DNA of 32,000 nt from Bacillus subtilis subsp. subtilis str. 168. Its GTDB lineage: Bacteria > Bacillota > Bacilli > Bacillales > Bacillaceae. The number at the start of each line of letters is the position of its first letter. Position 1 is the first letter of the stretch. Shown here one piece after another: positions 9,256 through 18,332 of the stretch. The stretch is taken from contig NC_000964.3 in the NCBI RefSeq assembly GCF_000009045.1, positions 1,500,001-1,532,000 of the forward strand, in the 5' to 3' direction. Made by a program: the position numbers and the translations under genes. Below the pieces are notes generated by a model. It ran no database searches. It was not told the DNA's origin and saw only the letters and a program-made list of their open reading frames with translations.

Positions 9256-11163
9256 GTGAAAATAACTGAGCTTTTAACGAAGCATACGATAAAGCTTAAT
9301 ATTGAGAGCAAAGAAAAAGAAAATGTTATTGACGAAATGGTCACTGTTCTTGATAAGGCTGGAAAGTTAAATGACCGACAAGCCTATAAAGAAGCCATTT
9401 TAAATCGCGAAAGCCAAAGCTCCACGGGTATCGGTGAAGGAATCGCTATCCCCCATGCGAAAACGGCAAGCGTTATCAACCCGGCGATCGCGTTCGGACG
9501 TTCAAAAGACGGCGTCGATTATGAATCATTAGACGGCCAGCCGGCTCACTTAGTGTTCATGATCGCGGCGACTGAAGGCGCAAACAACACTCACCTTGAA
9601 GCATTGTCAAGACTTTCAACGCTGTTAATGCGTGAAGAAATCCGTAAGCAGCTCCTTGAAGCTGAGTCTGAAGATGCCATCATCGACATTATTAATCAGC
9701 ACGATAAAGATGATGACGAAGAGGAAGAGGAAGAAGAAGCGGCACCAGCACCTGCCGGAAAAGGGAAAATTTTAGCGGTTACTGCATGCCCGACAGGTAT
9801 TGCCCATACATTCATGGCTGCGGATGCCCTTAAAGAAAAAGCGAAAGAGCTTGGTGTGGAAATTAAGGTCGAAACAAATGGGTCAAGCGGCATTAAGCAC
9901 AAGCTCACTGCCCAAGAAATCGAAGATGCACCTGCAATCATTGTCGCAGCGGACAAGCAGGTTGAAATGGAACGTTTTAAAGGCAAGCGCGTACTTCAAG
10001 TTCCTGTAACGGCGGGTATCAGACGTCCGCAAGAGCTTATCGAAAAAGCGATGAATCAAGATGCGCCGATTTATCAAGGCAGCGGCGGCGGTTCAGCAGC
10101 TTCAAATGATGATGAAGAAGCGAAAGGCAAGTCTGGAAGCGGTATCGGAAACACGTTTTATAAGCACCTGATGAGCGGTGTCAGCAACATGCTTCCGTTC
10201 GTAGTCGGCGGCGGTATTCTCGTTGCGATTTCATTCTTCTGGGGAATTCACTCTGCTGATCCGAATGATCCTAGCTACAACACGTTTGCAGCAGCATTAA
10301 ACTTTATCGGCGGCGACAATGCATTAAAACTCATTGTTGCAGTTCTGGCCGGTTTCATTGCGATGAGTATTGCAGATCGTCCTGGTTTTGCGCCTGGTAT
10401 GGTCGGCGGATTTATGGCAACTCAAGCGAATGCTGGATTCTTAGGCGGCTTAATTGCCGGATTCCTTGCCGGTTATGTCGTGATTTTACTGAAAAAAGTA
10501 TTTACGTTTATCCCTCAGTCACTTGATGGATTAAAACCTGTTTTGATTTACCCGCTGTTCGGTATTTTTATCACTGGCGTATTAATGCAATTTGTCGTCA
10601 ATACACCTGTAGCGGCATTTATGAATTTCTTAACAAACTGGCTTGAAAGCCTTGGTACTGGAAACCTTGTGTTAATGGGTATTATCTTGGGCGGCATGAT
10701 GGCGATCGATATGGGCGGTCCGCTTAATAAAGCAGCCTTTACGTTCGGTATCGCCATGATCGATGCAGGCAACTATGCGCCTCATGCAGCAATCATGGCC
10801 GGCGGTATGGTTCCTCCGCTTGGTATCGCACTTGCAACAACCATTTTCAGAAACAAATTCACTCAGCGTGACCGTGAAGCTGGTATTACATGCTATTTCA
10901 TGGGAGCTGCTTTCGTAACAGAGGGAGCGATCCCATTTGCTGCGGCTGATCCGCTTCGCGTCATACCAGCTGCTGTAGTCGGTGCAGCTGTTGCCGGCGG
11001 ATTAACTGAATTCTTCCGAGTAACGCTTCCGGCGCCTCATGGAGGAGTATTCGTAGCTTTCATTACAAACCATCCGATGCTTTACCTTTTAAGTATCGTG
11101 ATCGGTGCTGTCGTGATGGCAATTATCCTCGGTATCGTCAAAAAACCTGTTACAGAAAAATAA
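9256..11163 (+). CDS. fruA: PTS fructose-specific EIIABC component
   Basis: 635 aa, GTG start after GAGGAGG. EIIA (GIAIPHAKT), poly-acidic linker, EIIB (ILAVTACPTGIAHTFMAAD), EIIC domain. Confidence 0.95.
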   Translation: MKITELLTKHTIKLNIESKEKENVIDEMVTVLDKAGKLNDRQAYKEAILNRESQSSTGIGEGIAIPHAKTASVINPAIAFGRSKDGVDYESLDGQPAHLVFMIAATEGANNTHLEALSRLSTLLMREEIRKQLLEAESEDAIIDIINQHDKDDDEEEEEEEAAPAPAGKGKILAVTACPTGIAHTFMAADALKEKAKELGVEIKVETNGSSGIKHKLTAQEIEDAPAIIVAADKQVEMERFKGKRVLQVPVTAGIRRPQELIEKAMNQDAPIYQGSGGGSAASNDDEEAKGKSGSGIGNTFYKHLMSGVSNMLPFVVGGGILVAISFFWGIHSADPNDPSYNTFAAALNFIGGDNALKLIVAVLAGFIAMSIADRPGFAPGMVGGFMATQANAGFLGGLIAGFLAGYVVILLKKVFTFIPQSLDGLKPVLIYPLFGIFITGVLMQFVVNTPVAAFMNFLTNWLESLGTGNLVLMGIILGGMMAIDMGGPLNKAAFTFGIAMIDAGNYAPHAAIMAGGMVPPLGIALATTIFRNKFTQRDREAGITCYFMGAAFVTEGAIPFAAADPLRVIPAAVVGAAVAGGLTEFFRVTLPAPHGGVFVAFITNHPMLYLLSIVIGAVVMAIILGIVKKPVTEK

Positions 11164-11164
11164 G

Positions 11165-11199
11165 AAAAAAAGCGTCCTTGGTTCGAAAGGACGCTTTTT
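11165..11199 (+). terminator. Rho-independent terminator after fruA
   Basis: AAAAAAGCGTCCTTGGTTCGAAAGGACGCTTTTT. Confidence 0.9.
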
Positions 11200-11307
11200 C
11201 TTATCCGGCCGGCAGGGAGCGCGGTTAAGTTATGTATTTTATTCTTTTTTATGATAAAGTAAAAGAAGAGAAACAACTGACATAGCAATTGTCTAGGAGG
11301 AAACACT

Positions 11308-11889
11308 TTGACCGAGGAAAAAAATACGAATACTGAGAAAACGGCGAAGAAAAAAACCAATACGTACCTGGAATGGGGTAAAGCGATTGTCATCGCTGTT
11401 CTGCTGGCTCTCCTGATCCGTCACTTTTTGTTTGAACCGTATTTAGTTGAAGGTTCATCTATGTATCCCACATTACATGACGGAGAAAGGCTGTTTGTGA
11501 ATAAAACAGTCAACTATATCGGCGAGCTGAAGCGCGGAGATATCGTTATTATCAACGGTGAAACTTCTAAAATCCATTATGTAAAAAGATTGATCGGAAA
11601 GCCTGGAGAAACCGTTCAAATGAAGGATGACACGCTTTATATAAACGGTAAAAAAGTAGCCGAGCCTTACTTGTCTAAAAACAAGAAGGAAGCAGAAAAA
11701 CTTGGTGTCAGTCTGACAGGAGACTTTGGACCGGTTAAGGTTCCGAAAGGCAAATACTTTGTCATGGGAGATAACCGGCTGAATTCTATGGACAGCCGAA
11801 ACGGGCTGGGACTGATCGCGGAAGATCGAATTGTCGGCACATCGAAGTTTGTCTTTTTCCCGTTTAACGAAATGCGTCAAACAAAATAA
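11308..11889 (+). CDS. sipT: Type I signal peptidase
   Basis: 193 aa, TTG start after CTAGGAGGAAACAC. Ser/Lys dyad motifs EGSSMYPTLHDGERLF and KIHYVKRLIGKPGE, plus FVMGDNRLNSMDSR. Confidence 0.95.
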   Translation: MTEEKNTNTEKTAKKKTNTYLEWGKAIVIAVLLALLIRHFLFEPYLVEGSSMYPTLHDGERLFVNKTVNYIGELKRGDIVIINGETSKIHYVKRLIGKPGETVQMKDDTLYINGKKVAEPYLSKNKKEAEKLGVSLTGDFGPVKVPKGKYFVMGDNRLNSMDSRNGLGLIAEDRIVGTSKFVFFPFNEMRQTK

Positions 11890-11925
11890 AAACGCCTTGC
11901 TGGCCTAGGACAGCAGGCGTTTTTA
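11888..11925. terminator. Bidirectional terminator between convergent sipT and ykoA
   Basis: AAAAACGCCTTGCTGGCCTAGGACAGCAGGCGTTTTTA, hairpin with T/A runs on both sides. Confidence 0.85.
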
Positions 11926-12192
11926 TTTTGAAAAAGAAGCGACCAATGCAATGCATAAAACCGTGATGAACACTGAACCGATAATAGCCAGCACACTGAA
12001 GAAAAGGTGAACCTGTTTGTTCTCTTTTCCGCGCTTTTCTAATAGCCGTTTAGAAAAAATGTGCGAAAATATGTAAATAAGGGCTATGCCTATATATAAG
12101 CCGATATCTTTGGCGGTAAAGCCTGTTACGGCAAGGTAAAAGCCCGTAAAAAAGATCAGTAAGCAATATTCAGTAAGTGTTAAAAGCCTCAA
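11923..12192 (-). CDS. ykoA: Small membrane protein of unknown function
   Basis: 89 aa from a TTG start (LRLLTLTEYCLLIFFTGFYLAV...) preceded by TGGAGGAACACG; three hydrophobic segments. The 134-aa ORF start has no comparable RBS. Confidence 0.75.
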   Translation of the reverse strand: MRLLTLTEYCLLIFFTGFYLAVTGFTAKDIGLYIGIALIYIFSHIFSKRLLEKRGKENKQVHLFFSVLAIIGSVFITVLCIALVASFSK

Positions 12193-12372
12193 CGTGTTCC
12201 TCCATGAGAGTGTGTAATTTTCCAGGCGGATGCATTCTCTCTCTTTAATTGTAACACAGCTGGCTGGTTTGGGTGTATAAGTGTTTTCTCTCTGTTTTAT
12301 CAGGGAATCATTTCTCTTGCCCTGCATTCATGGTATACTTTTATTGATGATAGACATGATGGAGGATAATAA

Positions 12373-13995
12373 ATGATTGCTGTAAATAATGTAAGCTTGC
12401 GGTTTGCGGATCGCAAGTTATTTGAAGATGTTAATATTAAATTTACCCCAGGCAACTGCTATGGGTTAATTGGTGCAAACGGTGCCGGTAAATCAACGTT
12501 TCTAAAGGTGCTGTCAGGCGAAATCGAGCCTCAGACAGGCGACGTGCATATGAGTCCTGGCGAGCGTCTTGCCGTCTTGAAGCAGAACCATTTTGAGTAC
12601 GAAGAGTATGAAGTGCTGAAAGTGGTCATTATGGGCCACAAACGCCTGTATGAAGTCATGCAGGAGAAAGACGCTATTTACATGAAGCCTGATTTCTCAG
12701 ATGAGGATGGGATTCGTGCTGCTGAGCTAGAAGGTGAATTCGCGGAACTGAACGGTTGGGAAGCGGAAAGTGAAGCTGCGATCCTGTTAAAAGGCCTTGG
12801 TATCTCAGAAGATCTGCACACAAAAAAGATGGCAGACCTCGGCGGTTCGGAGAAGGTAAAAGTTCTCTTGGCACAGGCATTATTCGGCAAGCCGGATGTT
12901 CTGCTGCTCGATGAGCCGACGAACCACCTGGACCTTCAGGCAATTCAGTGGCTTGAAGAGTTTCTGATTAACTTTGAAAACACAGTTATTGTCGTATCCC
13001 ATGACCGTCACTTTTTAAATAAAGTATGTACGCACATTGCCGACCTTGATTTTAACAAAATTCAAATCTATGTCGGAAACTATGATTTCTGGTACGAGTC
13101 AAGCCAGCTGGCGTTAAAGCTTTCTCAAGAAGCGAACAAGAAAAAAGAAGAGCAGATTAAACAGCTTCAAGAGTTTGTCGCTAGATTCAGCGCCAATGCG
13201 TCTAAATCTAAGCAGGCTACATCAAGAAAGAAACTTCTCGAAAAAATCACGCTGGATGATATTAAACCGTCTTCCCGCCGCTATCCTTATGTTAACTTCA
13301 CGCCGGAACGGGAAATCGGAAATGATGTTCTTCGCGTGGAAGGCTTAACAAAAACAATCGATGGCGTAAAGGTGCTTGACAATGTCAGCTTTATTATGAA
13401 TCGAGAAGATAAAATTGCTTTCACTGGCCGAAATGAACTTGCTGTTACTACGCTGTTTAAAATCATTTCCGGGGAAATGGAAGCTGACAGCGGAACGTTT
13501 AAATGGGGTGTTACCACATCTCAAGCGTATTTTCCAAAAGACAACAGCGAATATTTCGAAGGCAGTGATCTGAACCTTGTAGACTGGCTTCGCCAATATT
13601 CTCCGCACGACCAAAGTGAGAGCTTTTTACGCGGTTTCTTAGGACGCATGCTGTTCTCTGGAGAAGAAGTCCACAAAAAAGCAAATGTACTTTCCGGGGG
13701 AGAAAAGGTCCGCTGTATGCTGTCGAAAGCGATGCTTTCTGGCGCCAATATTTTAATTTTGGATGAGCCGACCAACCATTTAGACCTAGAGTCCATTACA
13801 GCGCTCAATAACGGCTTAATCAGCTTTAAAGGCGCTATGCTGTTTACTTCCCATGACCATCAGTTTGTGCAGACCATTGCCAACAGAATTATAGAAATTA
13901 CACCTAACGGCATCGTCGATAAGCAAATGAGCTATGACGAGTTCCTTGAAAATGCTGATGTGCAGAAAAAATTGACTGAACTATACGCCGAATAA
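12373..13995 (+). CDS. ykpA: ABC-F family ATPase (no TM domain)
   Basis: 540 aa, two ATPase domains: GANGAGKST and GGSEKVKVLLAQAL; Walker B motifs VLLLDEPTNHLDL and ILILDEPTNHLDL. Confidence 0.94.
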   Translation: MIAVNNVSLRFADRKLFEDVNIKFTPGNCYGLIGANGAGKSTFLKVLSGEIEPQTGDVHMSPGERLAVLKQNHFEYEEYEVLKVVIMGHKRLYEVMQEKDAIYMKPDFSDEDGIRAAELEGEFAELNGWEAESEAAILLKGLGISEDLHTKKMADLGGSEKVKVLLAQALFGKPDVLLLDEPTNHLDLQAIQWLEEFLINFENTVIVVSHDRHFLNKVCTHIADLDFNKIQIYVGNYDFWYESSQLALKLSQEANKKKEEQIKQLQEFVARFSANASKSKQATSRKKLLEKITLDDIKPSSRRYPYVNFTPEREIGNDVLRVEGLTKTIDGVKVLDNVSFIMNREDKIAFTGRNELAVTTLFKIISGEMEADSGTFKWGVTTSQAYFPKDNSEYFEGSDLNLVDWLRQYSPHDQSESFLRGFLGRMLFSGEEVHKKANVLSGGEKVRCMLSKAMLSGANILILDEPTNHLDLESITALNNGLISFKGAMLFTSHDHQFVQTIANRIIEITPNGIVDKQMSYDEFLENADVQKKLTELYAE

Positions 13996-14022
13996 AAAAG
14001 CAGAGATTTCTCTGCTTTTTTT
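13995..14022 (+). terminator. Rho-independent terminator after ykpA
   Basis: AAAAAGCAGAGATTTCTCTGCTTTTTTT. Confidence 0.9.
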
Positions 14023-14051
14023 GATACCTAAATGTGAAAGGAGATCACAAC

Positions 14052-14963
14052 ATGAAATTTTTGGTTGTCGGAGCAGGTGGAGTAGGCGGGTATATTGGCG
14101 GACGGCTTTCGGAGAAAGGAAATGATGTGACATTTCTCGTGCGCCAAAAACGAGCTGAGCAGCTTAAAAAAACCGGGCTTGTCATCCATAGTGAAAAAGG
14201 GAATGTATCATTTCAGCCCGAACTAATCAGTGCCGGAGAAACAGGGCAATTTGATGTCGTTATCATTGCTTCTAAAGCATACTCGCTTGGTCAAGTGATA
14301 GAGGATGTCAAACCATTTATCCATCAAGAATCTGTCATTATCCCTTTTTTAAATGGGTACCGCCACTATGAGCAGCTATTTGCGGCATTTTCAAAAGAAC
14401 AGGTGCTGGGCGGCCTGTGTTTTATAGAAAGTGCTTTAGACAACAAAGGAGAAATTCATCATACGAGCGCATCGCATCGTTTTGTATTTGGAGAATGGAA
14501 CGGCGAGCGTACGGAGCGGATAAGAGCGCTTGAAGAGGCATTTTCAGGTGTGAAGGCTGAAGTCATCATTAGCGGGCATATCGAGAAGGACATTTGGAAA
14601 AAGTATCTCTTTATTGCAGCGCAAGCGGGGATCACAACGTTATTTCAACGACCGCTTGGCCCAATCCTCGCCACAGAAGCCGGACGTCACACGGCCCAAA
14701 CTCTTATTGGGGAAATTTGCACTGTTTTACGAAAAGAAGGTGTTCCGGCTGATCCGGCTCTTGAGGAAGAGAGCTTTCGTACGATGACCAGCATGTCTTA
14801 CCATATGAAGTCCTCCATGCTTCGGGATATGGAAAACGGCCAAACGACAGAAGGCGACCACCTGCATGGATTTTTGATTGAAAAAGCAAAACGTTTATCT
14901 CTCGCTGCACCAGTATTAGAAACCGTTTATGCGAATCTGCAAATGTATGAAGCAGAAAAATAA
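14052..14963 (+). CDS. ykpB: Ketopantoate reductase (ApbA/PanE)-family oxidoreductase
   Basis: 303 aa from MKFLVVGAGGVGGYIGGRL (Rossmann GxGxxG); start internal to the 309-aa ORF, RBS-like GGAG upstream. Confidence 0.88.
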   Translation: MKFLVVGAGGVGGYIGGRLSEKGNDVTFLVRQKRAEQLKKTGLVIHSEKGNVSFQPELISAGETGQFDVVIIASKAYSLGQVIEDVKPFIHQESVIIPFLNGYRHYEQLFAAFSKEQVLGGLCFIESALDNKGEIHHTSASHRFVFGEWNGERTERIRALEEAFSGVKAEVIISGHIEKDIWKKYLFIAAQAGITTLFQRPLGPILATEAGRHTAQTLIGEICTVLRKEGVPADPALEEESFRTMTSMSYHMKSSMLRDMENGQTTEGDHLHGFLIEKAKRLSLAAPVLETVYANLQMYEAEK

Positions 14964-14995
14964 AAAAAGGAGGCGGAAAAGCCTCCTTTTATTTA
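14964..14995. terminator. Bidirectional terminator between convergent ykpB and ampS
   Basis: AAAAAAGGAGGC-GGAAAA-GCCTCCTTTTATTT. Confidence 0.85.
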
Positions 14996-14996
14996 C

Positions 14997-16229
14997 TTAA
15001 AAAGCCCAATTTCCGTTTCTGAAGATAGGCTCTCTTTTCCCGTCTGCCGTAATTCCGTCAATATTCATATCCTTAGAACCGATCATAAAGTCCACGTGTG
15101 TAATGCTTTCATTTAGGCCTTCTTTGACAAGCTCTTCACGAGACATCTGCTTTCCGCCTTCAATATTAAAGGCATAGGCGCTTCCGATCGCCAAATGATT
15201 TGACGCGTTTTCATCAAACAGCGTGTTATAGAAAAGAATGTTTGATTGTGATATAGGCGAATCGTAAGGAACAAGTGCCACTTCACCTAAATAGTGAGAA
15301 CCTTCATCTGTTTCCACCAGTTCTTTTAAAATATCCTCACCTTTTTCAGCTTTAATGTCGACTATACGGCCATTTTCAAACGTCAGGGTGAAATTTTCAA
15401 TAATATTTCCGCCGTAGCTTAATGGTTTTGTGCTTGATACCACTCCGTCAACCCCGTCTTTTTGCGGCAGCGTGAACACTTCTTCTGTCGGCATATTGGC
15501 CATAAACTCATGGCCACTTTCATTCACGCTTCCCGCACCTGCCCAAACATGCTTCCTAGGCAGCTTAATTGTTAGATCAGTTCCTTCTGCTTGATAATGT
15601 AAGGCAGCGTAATGTCTCTCGTTCAAATGGTCAACTTTTTCATGAAGATTTTGGTCATGATTGATCCACGCCTGAACCGGGTTGTCTTCATTTACGCGCG
15701 TCGCTTTAAAAATTTCTTCCCACAGAAGGTGGATCGCTTCCTCCTCTGATTTGCCAGGAAACACCTTGTGAGCCCAGCCTGCTGATGCCGCACCTACGAC
15801 AGTCCAGCTGACTTTGTCTGATTGAATATATTGTCTGTATGTATGTAATGCTTTGCCTGCTGCTTTTTGGAATGCCGCAATCCGTTTGGAATCTATACCT
15901 TTTAGCAAGTCTGGGTTCGACGACACAACAGAAATGAAAGCAGCTCCATTTTTGGCAAGCTCTTCTCTGCCTTTTGCTTCCCATTCAGGATATTCTTCAA
16001 ATGCTTCAAACGGCGCAAGTTCGTATTTTAATTTGGCGACTTCGTCATCCTGCCAATTCACGGTGACGTTTTTTGCGCCCTTTTCATATGCGTGTTTTAC
16101 AATTAAACGGACAAAATCCCGAACGTCTGTTGAAGCATTTACGACTACATACTGGCCTTTTTGGACATTAACGCCGACTTCTACCGCCAGCTGTGCATAT
16201 GTATTTAATTTCTGTGAAAATGAATCCAT
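14997..16229 (-). CDS. ampS: M29-family metalloaminopeptidase
   Basis: 410 aa; family-typical motifs TEEVFTLPQKDGVDGVVSSTKPL, DEGSHYLGEVALVPYDSPIS, and NHLAIGSAYAFNIEGG. Confidence 0.93.
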   Translation of the reverse strand: MDSFSQKLNTYAQLAVEVGVNVQKGQYVVVNASTDVRDFVRLIVKHAYEKGAKNVTVNWQDDEVAKLKYELAPFEAFEEYPEWEAKGREELAKNGAAFISVVSSNPDLLKGIDSKRIAAFQKAAGKALHTYRQYIQSDKVSWTVVGAASAGWAHKVFPGKSEEEAIHLLWEEIFKATRVNEDNPVQAWINHDQNLHEKVDHLNERHYAALHYQAEGTDLTIKLPRKHVWAGAGSVNESGHEFMANMPTEEVFTLPQKDGVDGVVSSTKPLSYGGNIIENFTLTFENGRIVDIKAEKGEDILKELVETDEGSHYLGEVALVPYDSPISQSNILFYNTLFDENASNHLAIGSAYAFNIEGGKQMSREELVKEGLNESITHVDFMIGSKDMNIDGITADGKREPIFRNGNWAF

Positions 16230-16301
16230 GAATCATTCCTCCAAGCTTTTTTCTCATCATATCAAATATGATCCTATAAAGGAAAGAAGGAGCCCAAAGT
16301 G

Positions 16302-16333
16302 AAAAACCCAAAACGACACGTCTTGGGTTTTTT
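16302..16333 (-). terminator. Terminator downstream of ykpC
   Basis: AAAAACCCAAAACGACACGTCTTGGGTTTTTT; ACCCAA/TTGGGT stem flanked by A/T runs. Confidence 0.75.
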
Positions 16334-16338
16334 CAATA

Positions 16339-16473
16339 TTATGGATGATTCAGTTTTACAGTGCCGCCTGCAGGCGAATGGGGCATATTTGCCAAAGAAA
16401 TGCTCATGCCTCCAAGAATAATTCCGCTTAAAATGGCTGCGATCGCTACTCTTCTTCCTAAATCTCTTAGCAT
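16339..16473 (-). CDS. ykpC: Small (44 aa) protein with one hydrophobic segment
   Basis: MLRDLGRRVAIAAILSGIILGGMSISLANMPHSPAGGTVKLNHP; RBS AAGGAGG upstream, own terminator; sits inside the 87-aa ORF listed at 16339..16602. Confidence 0.8.
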   Translation of the reverse strand: MLRDLGRRVAIAAILSGIILGGMSISLANMPHSPAGGTVKLNHP

Positions 16474-16573
16474 CTGTTTCCTCCTTAACGTTTCTCCATT
16501 TCCCACAATATGAAGGAAGTGAGGAAAAAAGAAGCAAGAAATTTGCCGCGTGTGAGAATTTTGCGGGTAAAGA

Positions 16574-17581
16574 CTATTTAATTGCCTTTTGCAGCTTATC
16601 AATCACTTCTAAAGAACGGCCTGTGCCGATTGCTACAGATTCAAGCGGGTTTTGCGCCACGTGTACAGGCACGACAATCTCTTCTGTGAGCCATTCTTTA
16701 ATTCCATTAAGGAGCGCGCCGCCGCCTGTTAAAATAACGCCGCGATCAACAATATCTCCGCTCAATTCAGGCGGACAGTCCTCAAGTGTCGCTCTGATGG
16801 CTTCAAGAATATGCAGGAGGGATTCACGCATTGCATCTTGAATTTCGTTGGATTGAAGCATAATGGTTTTTGGAAGACCTGTCACGAGGTCACGTCCCCG
16901 AATTTCCATTGCCTCTGGTATATGTTCAATCAGAGCATGGCCAATTTCCATTTTTACCTGCTCAGCTGTGCGTTCGCCGATCAGCAAATTGTATTTTTTA
17001 CGGACGAAAGAAACGATATCCTCATCAAGCTGGTCTCCGCCGATCCTGATAGAATGGCAGGAAACAACGCCACCGAAGGAAATAATAGCGACCTCTGTCG
17101 TCCCTCCGCCGATATCTACTACCACATTGGCAACCGGCTCATCAACCGGTAAATCCGCTCCGATGGCGGCTGCAACTGGCTCTTCGATTAAATGAACGTT
17201 TTTCGCGCCGCAATTTTTCACCGCATCACTGATGGCGCGGCGTTCTACTGCTGTTGAGCCTGATGGTGTGCAAACGACTACGTTCGGTTTTCTGAACGAC
17301 ATGCCGATGCTTTTTGCGGCTTTTTTCATAATGTGCTTTAGCAGGTCAGTTGTCATATCATAGTCTGCGATCACGCCATCTTTCATCGGTCTGACAGCGA
17401 CAATTTTTCCCGGTGTTTTACCGATCATGTTTTTCGCGTCAGCTCCGATTGCAAGCACTGCTTTTGTCGTCGTATCCACTGCGACAACAGATGGTTCATT
17501 TAGGATAATCCCTTTATTTTTGCTGTAAACAAGTATATTAGCTGTTCCTAAGTCAATCCCGATTTCAGTTGATTGAAACAT
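16574..17581 (-). CDS. mreBH: MreB-like actin homologue
   Basis: 335 aa from [35 protein letters not shown]; actin-family phosphate motifs and [18 protein letters not shown]. Confidence 0.95.
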
Positions 17582-17767
17582 GTTTTCACCCAATCTCTAT
17601 CCTAATTTAATATGATTCTACATTTAAAGTTTCTCAGAAATACTGCGATTTTTGGGGGTGTGCGTCGGTAAAGAAATGTTTTTGTAAAAAATCAAGGAAC
17701 TGTGTAACAGAAGTAATACATTTTTCGGTTTTATGGAAAAAATATCTTGTAATTCTTATAGAAAGCG

Positions 17768-17794
17768 GGAAACTTTTTCAAAGTTTCATTCGTC
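17768..17794 (+). promoter_or_regulatory. ECF-sigma (SigX/SigW/SigM-type) promoter upstream of abh
   Basis: GGAAAC (17768-17773), 17-nt spacer, CGTC (17791-17794). Confidence 0.65.
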
Positions 17795-17864
17795 TACGAT
17801 ATATTGAGGTACATCCTTAAAACATTACATGAGAAAAGAAACATTTAAAGGAAGAAGGGTTTTT

Positions 17865-18143
17865 ATGAAATCAATAGGTGTTGTGAGAAAAGTAGATGAA
17901 TTAGGCCGCATTGTCATGCCGATTGAGTTGAGACGGGCATTGGATATTGCCATAAAAGACAGCATTGAGTTTTTTGTTGACGGAGATAAAATTATCTTGA
18001 AAAAGTACAAACCTCATGGCGTTTGTTTAATGACTGGAGAAATCACTTCAGAAAATAAAGAATACGGCAACGGTAAAATTACGCTAAGCCCTGAGGGTGC
18101 ACAGCTGCTTCTCGAAGAAATTCAAGCCGCTTTAAAAGAATAA
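17865..18143 (+). CDS. abh: AbrB-like transition-state regulator
   Basis: 92 aa from MKSIGVVRKVDELGRIVMPIELRRALDIAIKDSIEFFVDGDKIILKKY (AbrB swapped-hairpin N-domain); RBS GGAAGAAGG. Confidence 0.95.
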   Translation: MKSIGVVRKVDELGRIVMPIELRRALDIAIKDSIEFFVDGDKIILKKYKPHGVCLMTGEITSENKEYGNGKITLSPEGAQLLLEEIQAALKE

Positions 18144-18152
18144 AATTATGCT

Positions 18153-18187
18153 AAAAAAGGCGGAGTGATATCATCTCCGCCTTTTTT
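18153..18187 (+). terminator. Rho-independent terminator after abh
   Basis: AAAAAAGGCGGAGTGATATCATCTCCGCCTTTTTT. Confidence 0.92.
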
Positions 18188-18332
18188 GCGTGCCAATTTT
18201 TGATTACCGCCGCCTAAGATAAGACATCAAGATATTTGGTAATGAATGATTTGGGATACTTTACATATTTTACTCAATTATTTGTCGAAGAATGGTACAA
18301 TAAGTAGAGAAACACAAGCGGCAGGTGGTCAT

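Noticed and set aside
13287-13808. Several minus-strand ORFs (76 to 95 aa) opposite ykpA
   Set aside because: Overlap each other and the strong ABC-F gene; translations look like random shadow frames.
16811-17195. Two plus-strand ORFs (113 and 110 aa) opposite mreBH
   Set aside because: Mirror reading frames of a strong actin-family CDS, no RBS and no coherent domain.
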